A stretch of DNA of 64,000 nucleotides, taken from Takakia lepidozioides. Lineage: Eukaryota; Plantae; Bryophyta. Every line of letters starts with the position of its first letter. Position 1 is the stretch's first letter. Position numbers and translations under genes: made by a program. Location: positions 67,084,001 through 67,148,000 of the forward strand of contig CM060731.1 in NCBI GenBank assembly GCA_030704615.1, written 5' to 3'. Below are positions 48,513 through 61,528 of this stretch, one piece after another. Below the pieces are notes generated by a model. The model made no database searches. It was not told the origin of the DNA and saw only the letters and a list, made by a program, of their open reading frames with translations.

Positions 48513-50626
48513 TGGTGTTTGGATCGGACGTGGTGAGGAAGGAAGTGAGAGATCGGTTGTGGTGTGGTCGGTTTGATAGCTCTTGCGAACGAGGCAGGCG
48601 GTGCTGTGTTGTACGGTTGTGCTGCGTCTGGATTAGGTTGCCTGTTTCTTGCTCGTGGCATCTCCTACTCTGTCATGTGTTATCATACAGGAGCGTGTCA
48701 CCAGCCATTGGCGGTCCCTCACAGGAATCCAAGGTGAGTGAGTCTGGAAGAGAAGAGAAGCTCTGTTCTCATTGGTCGAAGGTTGAGCGCTATCTTGATC
48801 TAAGATCTTTTAAGCGGTAGGGAGAGGGCGCCTATTTGTGTTCGGTTCCCTCAAGGATTGCAGGTAAGAGGAGGAATCTTGTTGTACAATGTGGAGGATA
48901 TGAGGTAAGCTATATGGTAAGCTTGCAGACTTAAGAAATTGATGTTGCCGCTAATGGGATCCAGCTTCGAGGATGTGAATGATCATCCTGGTGTCGGTGG
49001 TTTGCAATAGCAGAGGCAGGAGCTTTCAGACAATGCTTCGAGATGGCATTCAAGAATATTATTAGCGCTGCATAAATCGTGCTGCAGTCGGTGCTTGAGT
49101 AACGCATAAGTATGGTTTGCGTAGTGGATGCACACGCACAGACGGATCTATGGCTCATGTCGTGGAAAATCGCCGTAATGTCTAAGATACGATACGGTTT
49201 GGTCTGTCTATCGACCATGGGCCCATTAGCTGATCGATAAGGGGGCGTGTTAATCCCGAGGTGGTTAATGTCCACCCGCTAGTGCTCAGTGGGACCACGA
49301 CACTCGTCAAGTGTAATGAACCTTGTCGGGTGTAGGTTAACATATATACGTAGCGTAGAGCTATTGGTGCTACAGGAGAATCATCCTGATACATCTTGTT
49401 GACCATTTCCGTTTTCCGCCAATGGGAATCCTGGTCTCTCTTTGCAGGTTTTCAGTAATGTTGATCTGGAAATGAGATGTTTTGTTCCAAATACTTTAGG
49501 GAAGGCTCAGAGGGCCTTTTCGAATGTGTGTTTGGAATCATCAATTGATCCTATCTCCAAGCTCTTTCAAGGGAGCAAACAGTTCCGAAAGTTTAATGTC
49601 CAGCAACGTCGCGTGATGTTATTCTTTAGTACAAATGGATCATGTGCGGTTCATTTACGCAGGGTTAAAGAATGTGTGTTTGGGGTTGTCGTGATCCGCA
49701 ACTTGCGGCTCAGTCCTTCGTAAATTGTTGAAGATTGCCTCTTGTGCCTTCTTTGTTAGGCCTGCATCATAGATATTGTATCTAGAGCTGGTCTGGGTTC
49801 TTGTAAAGTAGAGGTCTATAACCTAGTAATTTTAACATGTGGTGCTCGACAATTGAAGTCCCGCATAGATTGATTGTTTCAGCGATATCCTAGTGGACAT
49901 CGCGCTGCTGACTCTCTGAACAACATTGAAAATCGGATCATACGTTGAATCATTCATTCCTCAAGATCTTAAGAAGTCTGTTGAGAGGAAGTTGACTGTC
50001 ACAGCAGTTGTTCTGAGAAATGTCTACTCCTTGCTTTGTAAATTGTGAGCATAGTATGGAGTGTGTGTAGTAGGGAGAAAGCCTATACGTTACAGAAGTA
50101 AAACGGCTGGAAGCTTTTGGGTGTCTCTTCCTTTCGACGTTTGAAGTCGTCCATAGGAATTAAGCCAAGTAATCAGCAGACGATATGGCGACATAGACGG
50201 CCACTAGGTATTGCTGAATATGATGCCGATCGAAGTCGAAGTAATGAGCGTAGAGGTAATTACGTTTTGTTTTCGACAAGTGTGGAATTACACTTTCAAG
50301 ACATGGATCTAGCTGGCCTCACCCTATTGGCTCTCCTTTTTGCTGGTAAATATTGCCCTTCTTTCCAGTATGTCCGGTTCCCTTGGATCGATTAGTGACC
50401 GCGCTTTAAGCTTCCAAGTAACCCCAAAAGCTTCTCAAGCCGACCAGTTATGAATGATGGTGGTGATGTGCAGGGAAGAGATCCGGTTATAGTGTGCGGC
50501 AGATCACTCCAGTAGCCAGTGGCGGATTGTGGGAGTTTGATTGACCAGGGGTGAAAAGTTCCATTAGGATAGTCGAATTCAAGAACACGACATAGGGGTG
50601 CAAGAGGATAAAGGAGGGCTTCGAAG

Positions 50627-52081
50627 ATGAGTTGCAATGGGTGCCGAGTACTAAGAAAGGGCTGCAGTGACTCTTGTATACTCCGGCCTTGCCTGCAGTG
50701 GATTGAGACTTCCGATGCTCAAGGTCATGCCACTGTGTTTGTGGCCAAGTTTTTTGGTCGCGCAGGTCTAATGGGATTCATCAGTGCAGTTCCAGAAAGC
50801 CAACGCCCTGGTAAGCCAAAAGCCCTGCCTAGATGACATTTAGTCTTCTCTCTTCTTCGAACTTTGTCTGCAAATTCACTTTTGCTGAGTAAAGCACGTG
50901 TGGAAGAAATGAATGGTGGGGTTGAATTTTCTTCACAGTGTGTGATCAGGAACAATTAAGTTTTGTGTAAGAGCGCACACATGAGCAAGAAGGGGTTTAA
51001 TATACACATACGAATGTTACGAATGCATGAACTAGCTCGGATTATCTAGATTGATTATCTCAAGATGATGATGGATACGAAGTCAACTTTACACTCAAGG
51101 GACGTTAACATATGGATGAGCTTTGCATGTGCAGCGTTATTTCAATCACTTCTCTACGAGGCTTGCGGAAGGACGGTGAATCCGGTGTTTGGAGCAGTCG
51201 GTCTCCTTTGGGCTGGAAACTGGCAAGCATGTCAAGCTGCTGTCGACACCGTCCTAAAAGGGGGCTCGCTACATCCGCCCTCTCCTTCCACGTTATCTTC
51301 CTATTCTCTCCCGTCAAGTTTGCCACCAGCACACTTGTCTCATATGCCTCGTGTTGCTCTGGGAAAATCTGCTGCACCTAGGGAGTGTTTGATGACCTTT
51401 CTCCCACACTCACCCTCAGAGCCGGTGAAGGATGTGAGGTTAAAGGTAGGGCCCCCTGAGGCAAATCTGCTGCAGGCAGCTGGTCAAGATCTAAGAGACC
51501 ATCCAAATGCAGCACGAGGGGATGCTGATCGTGGAAACACACGACATTGGCAAGACTGGCACCAACATCGGATTTTGCAGGGAAACGTTCCACATCACAA
51601 CACTTCGCCAGGGGCAGTGAAAGGTGGGTTGTGTTCCAACAATCAAAGGGGATCTGGCTTGGAATCGAAGGCTGATCAATATGGGCTATCTGCACAGAGC
51701 TCCCAGCCGGGCCAGACGAATGTGTATGTTGCCCATATCGGAGCCCCTGTTCCTAGGAGGGTTAGACCCAGATTGACCACGGAATTTGTAACCCTTGAAC
51801 GGCCAATGGCTAGAGGAGGATCGCAGGAGGAGTTGGAGGCAACAGTGGCAGCCACTGGGATGGAGCAGCTAGAGCTAGATCTGACACTGGAGGTGAAGGG
51901 TGTGAAAGAAGGACAAGCTGTGGGCACTAAGAGGTTATCCAGTCCATCATGCGAGTCAGTCAATTCAGAAGGATCTGTGACTAGCCTAGACAGCACGCCA
52001 GACCCCTCGATGCCGAGCTGGCCACTTCAGATAGGCGCTTTTGCAGCACCTCATCGTAAGCTTTTGCCCCTTCTCCAGTAA
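50627..52081 (+). CDS. LBD: Class II LOB-domain (LBD37-42-type) transcription factor; exons 50627-50810 and 51135-52081
   Basis: [73 protein letters not shown]; EAR-like LELDLTL; C-terminal KLLPLL. Confidence 0.96.
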
Positions 52082-53813
52082 CCGTTCAGATGAGCTCGTG
52101 TTGGAGTCTCCAAGGTTGACCTCGAGTGATGTAAGATTTCTAGAGGATTATGATAGTTTTAAGGGCTCTCCGGTAAATGTTCCAAGTATAAGCTAACACT
52201 ACACACATAGATGAGAGGACCCCAGGGGGATCCCAGAGGGAGGATCAGAGGGCCCTCTTAGAAAGAGAAAAGCGGAGAGGGTAACCCGAACGAGAATAGT
52301 CACTGATTCCAGGTGAGAGTAGGTTAATGCTGCAGTTTACAATGCTGCCCATGTGGAGGCTTGCAAGTGCCTACTCTTTTTGTTCATCCGCCGATCATGA
52401 TTTCATGATCTGTTATGCTTATCAAGCTTAGCCAGTCTGAATAAAGGGCACTGTTATTTATGAGGCATTGTTTCCTTGTCTGGACAAGTGTTTTACACTA
52501 TTTTATTGCTTGGAGTTGGATCCATGATAGCCTGCATGTGCTGTGCTCTTATAATCCCACTTAGGTGTACCAACTCCTGAGCTGTGGTATAGCGGTGTCC
52601 AGAAGTTCAGAAGAGTGATGTCCAGAAGTTCTTTCTGGCAATGGGCGCTCTTGTAGAGATCATCACCTGTAGACCTGTGTGAGATTCTGAGGCCTGCAGT
52701 TTCCTTGGTTTGTGCAAAGCTGGCCTAAAAGTCTTTAGCAATCTTTTGATCAGTCAGTGAATGGAGACCTGCACATTTTGCCAGCAAACCAGATATCCAG
52801 ATTTTCTAAGGAGACGGGCAGGAGGGAAAGGCCCAGACATGTCAGTGAATTGTCAAGTGCATTACAGCACATGCCTCTGTTTGATATAGTTGGCTGAGTC
52901 TTGTCCTGTTCAATTGTTATTGTTGAAGAATTTGACCTTGATATGTATATGGTGGACTGACAGATCTTGAGGTATGTTCAACCTACCTGGAGTTTTAGTC
53001 TAAGTTAATCCTGGTAATGCAAAGTGTTTTTCAATGTCAGTGTACAATAAAACTGCACTTGAGTAGATTCACAGGCTGTATTCATGTATGAAGAAGAACC
53101 TTGAATACACTGTTAGCTGGGGGATTTATGTTTGTGGATGGTCTCTTCATCTCACTGACTGTGCAGGGATATGTTTGCAAGCCCAAGGAGAAAGTAGAGC
53201 CCCTCTTTGGGTTTAACATGTTAATGTTTGGTGGGCGATTTCCGCAATTAGAGCAGTTCTAAGGTTTTTGAGTGTAGGCTCTTGAGCCAGCATCGATGGT
53301 TTAGAATGACACTACTAAAATCTGACATAGGCTGTTTGCCATGTTCACTGCTCAGGTCACAACTTGACATACCTCTGTATTACTACCAAATCTATGAATC
53401 TTACCATATACCACTGAATCAGTTCCTTTGAAAGAGGAGGTTCATATTTTGTGAACTAGCGGATGCCTTCTTTGTGTTACTTTGCAACTTGTTGTCAAAT
53501 GCAGCTGCCTAAGTTTCTCTTTAGCACTTCTGGTGATAAGGAGGTGATAAGTGCCTTAAATGTCCAGCGCGGAGATGGTGAGGGAGATCAAAAGTAAGCC
53601 CCCTTCAAATGATTCTTTCTAGTAGTTCCAAGTTTGATTTCAAGCATTTCCCTTTCCACTTGGCTCTTGAGGTTGCAATGACTAACTGACTGGAATCTGA
53701 ATGCAGGTATGGTCAGAGGACATAGCTGGCTCAAAGTATGCATGCCATTAGATGATGAGCCATCTGATTGTCAAGCTGATTTCATCCCTCAAGACTGGAG
53801 CAGTGGAAGTTAA

Positions 53814-54604
53814 CGTTCTGCAATCATTTCAACTTCAGGAATTCCCTGGAGTGCCCCGCCTACAAGTTTGAACCTGATGAGTTGGTCATGTAACTCATAC
53901 ATGTAGTGAACATACTAAATTATCTTGATGTTTGCAATATGCTGACAATGATGTATCTTTGATAACCTTGGGCATGATCTTTTCTGTCCATGTTCTGGTT
54001 GTGGGGAACTTCCTCTCACTAAGGTATGAAGCTCAGCTCAAATACAGCTAACAACTGGTTTTGCGTTCTGCAATCATTTCAACTTCAGGAATTCCCTGGT
54101 GTGCTCCGCCTACAAGTTTGAACCTGATGAGTTGGTCATGTAACTCATACATGTAGTGAACATATTAAATTATCTTGATGTTTGCAATATGCTGACAATG
54201 ATGTATCTTTGATAACCTTGGGCATGATCTTTTCTGTCCATGTTCTCTGACCCCAGAAGGAAGAACTGGTTGTGGGGAACTTCCTCTCACTAAGGTATGA
54301 AGCTCAGCTCAAATACAGCTAACAACTGGTTTTGCGTTCTGCAATCATTTCAATTTCAGGAATTCCCTGGAGTGCTTCGCCTACAAGTTTAAACCTGATG
54401 AGTTGGTCATGTAACTCATACATGTAGTGAACATATTAAATTATCTTGATGTTTGCAATATGCTGACAATGATGTATCTTTGATAACCTTGGGCATGATC
54501 TTTTCTGTCCATGTTCTCTGACCCCAGAAGGAAGAACTGGTTGTGGGGAACTCCTCTCACTAAGGTATGAAGCTCAGCTCAAATACAGCTAACAACTGGT
54601 TTTG
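53814..54604. repeat. Three near-identical tandem units of 250-271 bp
   Basis: Units start with CGTTCTGCAATCATTTC at 53814, 54064 and 54335; the first lacks ~21 bp. Confidence 0.95.
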
Positions 54605-57600
54605 AAGTGTATGCATTGACTCTTGATTTATCCTCTGGCTTAGATATTTAAAATGATATTGTTGATTTGGGCAGTGAGGGTTATATTGTAGCAGCCCACT
54701 CCTTTTGGACATGATCTTAGACTTTAGTCCTAGAGAAGAGAGAGTAATGTTGAATTGGGGTGCAAATTTTACTTTTAGGGATCCAGAGAAACATATATGC
54801 CACTGGTGGCGCTGTCGTTCTTTGTACTGAAATATTCTTGAGGTCAAGCTTTTGATATAGGTGACTGCTCCACATATAGTAGCTACTAGTCTAGTCAACA
54901 TATGGTAATGTGCTTAGTAAGTCCTCCCTCTGCAGTTTGGACAAAAGATGTACTGGCGTCAATGACCACACGCAAGTGTTGACCAAGGATAGGTTTTCTT
55001 CCAAGCTCTATGGACCAGTTACCCAATGTCTTCGAAATCCGAGGGAAATTCACAGCCTCAAGATCAATGAAATTACAAATTGAGCAGCATGGAGTTTCAA
55101 AAGTTCCTAGCAAATTTCTTTGGAACACTGCTTGCTAAGCTGCAGGCAGAGATTCTGGGGGATTGCAGATGGCCATGTCAACCAACTGTAATTGTGCACA
55201 CGATTTCAATCAAAGATTGCTTCGGAAATGTGGACCAATCTAATTGAGGTGGGGAGCTCAAGTTCCTCTCTATTGACAGCAAAAGACCCAGCTGGCCAAG
55301 CCATATCGAGCATCTGAAGGTACAGGTCTATCCCTTCCCCAGAGGGCAAATGATTGTGGTGGAAAAGTGAGCTTTGCTAGACCATTCGTACATGTACGTG
55401 TACATTTGGATGTCACCTGCATTATGGGCTTTAGTATGAGGGAGAGAGAGAAAGAGTGGAAGTCAGTCTAATGCTTGATATTGCATGCATATGATCTCTC
55501 CTCATTCTAAACTGCATATCCTGTAAGTTAAAGGATTTCGAATACAGTTTATGTTAAAGGTGGGATACATGTAGTAGAGCAGGAGTCATGCAAGGTATTG
55601 ATCAGGGACCGCACAACAAAATCAATATTAATGTGATTCAATCATTTAAAAAGTAGTTTGGGTAGATCAGCCACTTTTAGAGAGTTCTCCCGTTTTGTAC
55701 TTCGATTCAGGTAGATGTTAGACGGAGTTGTTCAGAGTTGAAAGGGTTTAGACTCAAAAGAGACGTAGAACTACTTGGAAGTTATAATTCTTAACACTTG
55801 GACTGAACTTGTTGGGGTTGGGAGGGGAGAAGTTTTCGTCCAAACAATCTCCAGGTGGCCTGTTGGATGAACCACAAGGGGCACCAGTTGGTAATGACTG
55901 CGTTAGGAATTTAGCAGCTGAGACAATTTGTAGTGTTTTGAGTGCTGGTATAGCTTACGTCAGTGAACCGGTGGATTTGATACTTCATACTGTAAATACG
56001 GATTGCAAGTCAAGCGCTAGTCACTCTCTCAGTTATGTTTAAGATAAGTGTGTGATAATTCATTTAACTGTGAACTTTGTGAAGTATATACAGTGTCATT
56101 ATCGAACTTCCAATAGGGATATGACAGCTGAAGAGATTTGAGTACGTACATGGTCTATAAAGTGTGGGTAATGTACATGACTGTATATAATCCTAGATCT
56201 GTTTTTGGGAGGTAGTTACAATTAGCATGCAGAGATGCAAAGTGAGCTCTAGAAGGCTCTCAAATTGAAGTTACGTTTATGTTGATAGTGGTCAATGGCA
56301 GATTAATGTTGGTGTGTGGCTATGGTGCAAACATAGGCCTCTGGAGGTGGAAATATAGCTTCCAGTTGTGGAGTCTATTTTCTCTAGTATTCAACGCTAT
56401 GCAGAGCCTGCCGGACACAGCTAACAGCAGTCCAAGACTTGCAGGTACGAGGGCTAATAGGGTAATTCTAACCCTCATGAGATTACTAGTTTTAGACTTT
56501 ACCACTCAATGGTAGAATGTTTTAGTGAGTGGGCTTGTCCTGGCTTTGGAGAAAAGACATTATGTTTAAAGGAACTTCATAGCGAGAGAAGGCCATCAAA
56601 GCTTGAACTGAGTCCATCGTTTAGGATGGGAAGGTGACAGCTGATTGTTATGACAATTTTACTACCAGGTGGATAATAGATGGTGCGTGGGTCACACTGT
56701 CTCTGTATTGTCTCTTCCTGCTATGTGGGTCAAACATTGAAGGTCTAGGTCTTGATAGACTGAGAGTGTTCAAATCTTGAAACTATGGGTTCATCAGATG
56801 ATTTAGAGATCATTTATTACTCCTGGGAAATCCATATGATCAGGGATGCTGGAGCTCAGACTAGGGCATAGCTAATGGTTCCAAGTTTAAGTTTAAGTTC
56901 TTACAGTTCTATGTGGTTTCCTGGAGTGTGTTTGAATTCAACTGTTGTTTAAGAGACAGATCAGTAATATCATCAGTTAGTTCTGGTCGTCAGAGTTGAA
57001 GGGTTTGTGGTGTGATTTTGGGAGGGTCTATGCGGCAGAGATATTTCGAGTCATGCCAGCGCTTGACTAATCCAGCTAGTGGCATGCACCTCATCTAGGA
57101 TTGATGAAATAGACATAATAGATAGTTGATGCTGTGACATTTCGTCATGGCTGGCCAGCTCTCAGGCAAACTCATGAGGTGTAAAAATTGAGTTCGTGGA
57201 GTTAGTTTTGTTATATTTTCCGTTTTGCAGTAAAATAACAGTGAGTAACTATTCACAGTTCAGGAGGATCTGAAGGAGATCTGAAGTGTACAATGCCTGT
57301 ACCACTTCCATCAGGGTTACTCGTAATGGTAGCTCTTGGTCAGAAATATGTGACCTTGTAAACTGGAAGTAAAGAGGAAGAATGATGAATCCCTACATAA
57401 CTGCATGTGCAATGCACGTCTGGTTTCGATCTTTCAGGTTAGCTTGCAGAGACTGCAAGGTCTTCAATTTTAGCAACCTTAGAGTATATCGAAATCATGA
57501 TGTACCAACTCAACATCGGATTGGAATGTTCGTATGATCCTGTTGACTTAGTATTTTGCAGTGTTACATTTCTACCGGTTCCTAGGCCCATCCTAAAGTG

Positions 57601-60600
57601 GCCAGGCGCTATACCATGGGTCACATTCCGAAGGAAGCCATCCGTTTAGTTTGGTTGCAAGCTTTTATACTGTACTTTTTACTTGGCAACTTGAAACCAT
57701 CTATGCTTCTTTAGCACGTCAAATAGCTATGAGCCTGATTTCAAGAGTAGCCTTGCCTAATGGTCGAGGCCCATCATAGTACTGTCCAATCGCACTTTTC
57801 CTCATAGCTGTATAATACATCTTGGTCTATCTGTTTGTTTGGAAAACTGAATGACCACTGACCAAGCTACAATCTGACTACACTTGTACCCAAGGCTGAT
57901 CTACCTGTGTTGAATTGGACACCTCGCCTTCCACGTCTGTAGTATTACTTTTCTTTCCGCACCTTACATGTCAACTAGCTTTGGCAGCTTGTCCGGAACT
58001 GTAGTGCTCAGTAGCAGATCAACGTAGTCAAGTGAATGTACCAATATCTGTTCTACAATACGTTGAGCCTGCTCCCAACAAAGAGGGGAAAGGTGTTTGC
58101 CAGTTAGCTGTCTAATTTAGATACAGCCTGGGCTGACACCTTTAAAAAAAAATATATGTATCATTTTAAAACGAAAGGGGACGGAGGCCCTTTACTGACC
58201 GACACCTAAAAGGTGTGTATAATCGTATAATCTGACTTTCAATTACTAATTTTCTGGGAGTTGTGTTTACATGTGCCTGCCAAGAAAGTACCTACTGATG
58301 AAAGCTGACGCTGTGCCTTGGTTCCACCTGAAACAGGTGGCACAGCGACACTGGGACCAAACCCAGTGGACCTTTAAGGGACGTTCGCCCCTAGAACTTA
58401 CTCGGATCCTACCGGAATGCGACACATTGCACACCAACACTACACCTACGATAAAGAGCAAAATGCTTGGTGGTAAAGGATCCAACACATGTCGCCAGCA
58501 GTTCTGAATTCTGGAAGTCTTATATCCGGGAACTTTCATGGCATGTGTAAGTTGGGCACACGTCCCGCCGTCTAGCCGTTAGAGTAGGTTGCTGATCTGG
58601 TCAAAATTGCCCGACGTTGTGGGTGTGTACACCGTGCATTTGGTGAATGATGCATTAGCAGTGTTTGCATGGTTGTATTGAAGCTGATGGTGTTCATGTA
58701 CACAATTGATGAGCTCAGAAAAAGGCCCTGCTAAGCTGAGGAGGAGAGTGAATTGCTTCTGAGTATGGCTGGCAAGCTACAACCTATCCTCAACTTTCAA
58801 AATCTAGTTGCCTCTCTCCACCCGACTAAACAAATATACAGATTCACCACATTTACTGCACAATGAATTTCTACCATCTAGATGCAAGATGTTTCAGACA
58901 AGAAATGATGCTGATTCAGCTACACCAGGGTTACCCAGCTGCTATCCAATTCAAAACAGATTCTCAACTCAATTCAACACAGCAAGCTGAGGTTTGATGT
59001 CATGCTCAGCCATACATTATCTTCGATACCCGAACCTGGTGAGTGGTAGAACCATCTCAGTAAACCATACCAGCTATATGATAAAGGGATCCTCTTGCCT
59101 CATATGATAAAGAGACTTCCACTTCAAATTTAACCATTCCATGTGGTACAATTGCAAACATCACTTCCAGACGGTGTTTTGCTTAAGAGTCGTTGTGGTT
59201 GCTAAGTGCGTTGGTGTCATGACAGATGCTATGTGTGCCATTGTTATTTCCCTTTCCAGTCAAACTCGTCGAGGTCATATTGGGATGACCCAGTTACAAC
59301 CTAAGGATGCTATGAAGGCTTCCAAAGCTTCTGCAAATTAACAACCATACTACAATTCGATGGGGAATGATGCAAATAAAAATACAACTGTAAAACTGAC
59401 AAAATCTACACCTGCAAGTAGATGTCTCTTCATTATCTGCATCAAAGGAGTTGGTATGACAGTTCTACCACCTAACCAGCCCAGAAGAAACACCATGTCC
59501 AGGGAATGCAGTCTCACAAGTCTCCTGCAAGTCTCCTGCCAGGATGACAACCCAGGTGAATCTCCCTGCAAGCAAGCCAGCATGACCACAACCATGCGAA
59601 CATGTCCCAGAGATCTTCATAGAGAATGTCACATGGACATTCTACACCCCAGAAAATTGTGGTTTCTGTGGTGTCACCATGTTGACATACTTAACCCTGA
59701 AGTGCACGAATCACCATGCAATTCAGGGTTGTGCCAAACCAAAAAAAACAGACATAGCTTCAGAAGGTGGAAAACATTTCTCAGCAGTGATGTTGCATCA
59801 CTATGAAAAAATATCTTTCATCACTAGCCATGGAAGTCAAAACAAATCTAGCTGTACCAAACAATCCAACTCCCAGGAAATACCTGCCACCATGTCTCTG
59901 AAGTGGGCTCTCAGATTAAAGCCCCAGAAGGTGGAGATAAGACCTCTCCATCTGAGATTGTAGGAGCAATCTCTTTTCGCAACCTAAGCTAGTAACCCAG
60001 GAGGAAAGGAAATAGCTCTGCATACAGTTGCTCAGGCAGATTGCTCCCACTTCAAGCTCATCTTCCAGGGTACTAACAAGAGTGAGAGCTGCGGTTGTAT
60101 AGGTTATGACTTCCAAAACAATTCCCAATGCCCTTTTGTCACAGGCAACCCAAATAAGCCATTCTAGTGGTCCAAAAAACCCCATGCTCTGTTTCGATGG
60201 ACAAGGGGGAAAAGACATAAATATATTTGTGTGCAAACGGAGAGGGAGAGGGAAAGGGAGGAGATGGTCCCTGGGATGAGGAGAATTACTGAACTTTGCG
60301 GCCATCTCATTGGGGAGTCCCTGCTTCTTATTCCACCACGAAGGACTGCAGTCTCCGGAGGTCTTACGTGGAAGAGACTTGACACTGAGGCTAAATACAC
60401 AATCATATCCACAGTTGAACTACAAATGATTCACCAGAGCCCCCTCTCTTCCCACCATTTCTTTCGATACACCTATCAAAAGCATTAAACACTGCCAGAT
60501 CTTCCCAAAAGGAAATAAACAGTTTGATTTCGCATGTCCTTCTATGTCACGACTGTAAAGACTTAACAGAAGTTGATCACACATGATGGAGCTACGCGTA

Positions 60601-60990
60601 TCTGTTACAATGTCGAAGTACTTTTTGCAGTGCTGTATTCTGGATCCTCTTAGCAGAATGCACTTGTGGATTCGTCACACAGATCACCACATCACGACGA
60701 ACAACTGAGGCATATCCAGGCCAGTAGGTGACTTGCCCCCATGGCTCTTATTTACTTTTCTCAGAGGAAGCACATGTCCACTACAAAGCGTATTGCAATA
60801 AGCAATCAACTGACAGTGGTTCTGTACTTTTATTACCCAAAATATGGGCAGTCAATCAATTGTGAAAGCCCCTCGCTCACCATCTCTCTCACCCTCCTGA
60901 ACAATAGCTCTCTAGCGAGCCCACCACCACTTCCCAACTTAAATGGCATGGAAAGGAGGTGCACCTAAACAACAAAACTGCAATTCCTGC

Positions 60991-61335
60991 TCATGAGGTC
61001 GAGGTCGAGGTCTTCAGGAAACTGATGAGGTCGGCCCGCTCTTGCGGCTTCTTCAAGCCAGGGAACACCATCTTAGTCCCCGGGATGTACTTTTTCGGTG
61101 CCAGCAAGTACTCATAGAGTGCTTCCTCGTCCCAAGTGACCGCCTTGTTCTTGTTAGCAGCTGAGTATGTATAACCCGGAGTCGTCCCCGAAATCCTCCC
61201 AAACAATCCAGACAGGTTTGGCCCTTGCTTGTGACCAGCGGCCTTCTCAACCGCGTGGCACTGCGCACACTTTGTTTTGAAGATCTTCTCCCCGGCCTTG
61301 CTGTTTCCTGGTGGTGCCTCTTTAAACGTCGACAT
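60991..61335 (-). CDS. CYTC: Mitochondrial cytochrome c, intronless CDS (114 aa)
   Basis: [13 protein letters not shown] (heme CxxCH), [33 protein letters not shown]; plant-type N-terminal extension; intact ORF. Confidence 0.98.
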   Translation of the reverse strand: MSTFKEAPPGNSKAGEKIFKTKCAQCHAVEKAAGHKQGPNLSGLFGRISGTTPGYTYSAANKNKAVTWDEEALYEYLLAPKKYIPGTKMVFPGLKKPQERADLISFLKTSTSTS

Positions 61336-61513
61336 GGCCGCCCCTGATCGACTACTCCAACACCTTCAGTCCACCCTTGTTCTGTGCCCAACCTCGCTCG
61401 CTGTCGCCCTAGATCTGTCAAACACGAAAGGGCACTGCTGGATGCTGACCGTACTCCCCCACAACTTAAATGTTAAAATAGACGCATCTAGAACTATGTA
61501 GTGCATTCTGCAC

Positions 61514-61528
61514 AAACCCTAAACCCTA
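61514..61528. promoter_or_regulatory. Double telo-box (AAACCCT x2) ~180 bp upstream of cytochrome c
   Basis: AAACCCTAAACCCTA; telo-boxes are known in promoters of plant housekeeping genes. Confidence 0.35.

Noticed and set aside
53870-53910. Hammerhead ribozyme/retrozyme (CTGATGA plus hairpin in a ~270-bp tandem unit)
   Set aside because: The required GAAA after stem II is absent (it reads TCAT), and stems I/III cannot be formed
54700-58100. Possible further decayed exons or retroelement remnants
   Set aside because: No identifiable domain; cannot be supported without a search
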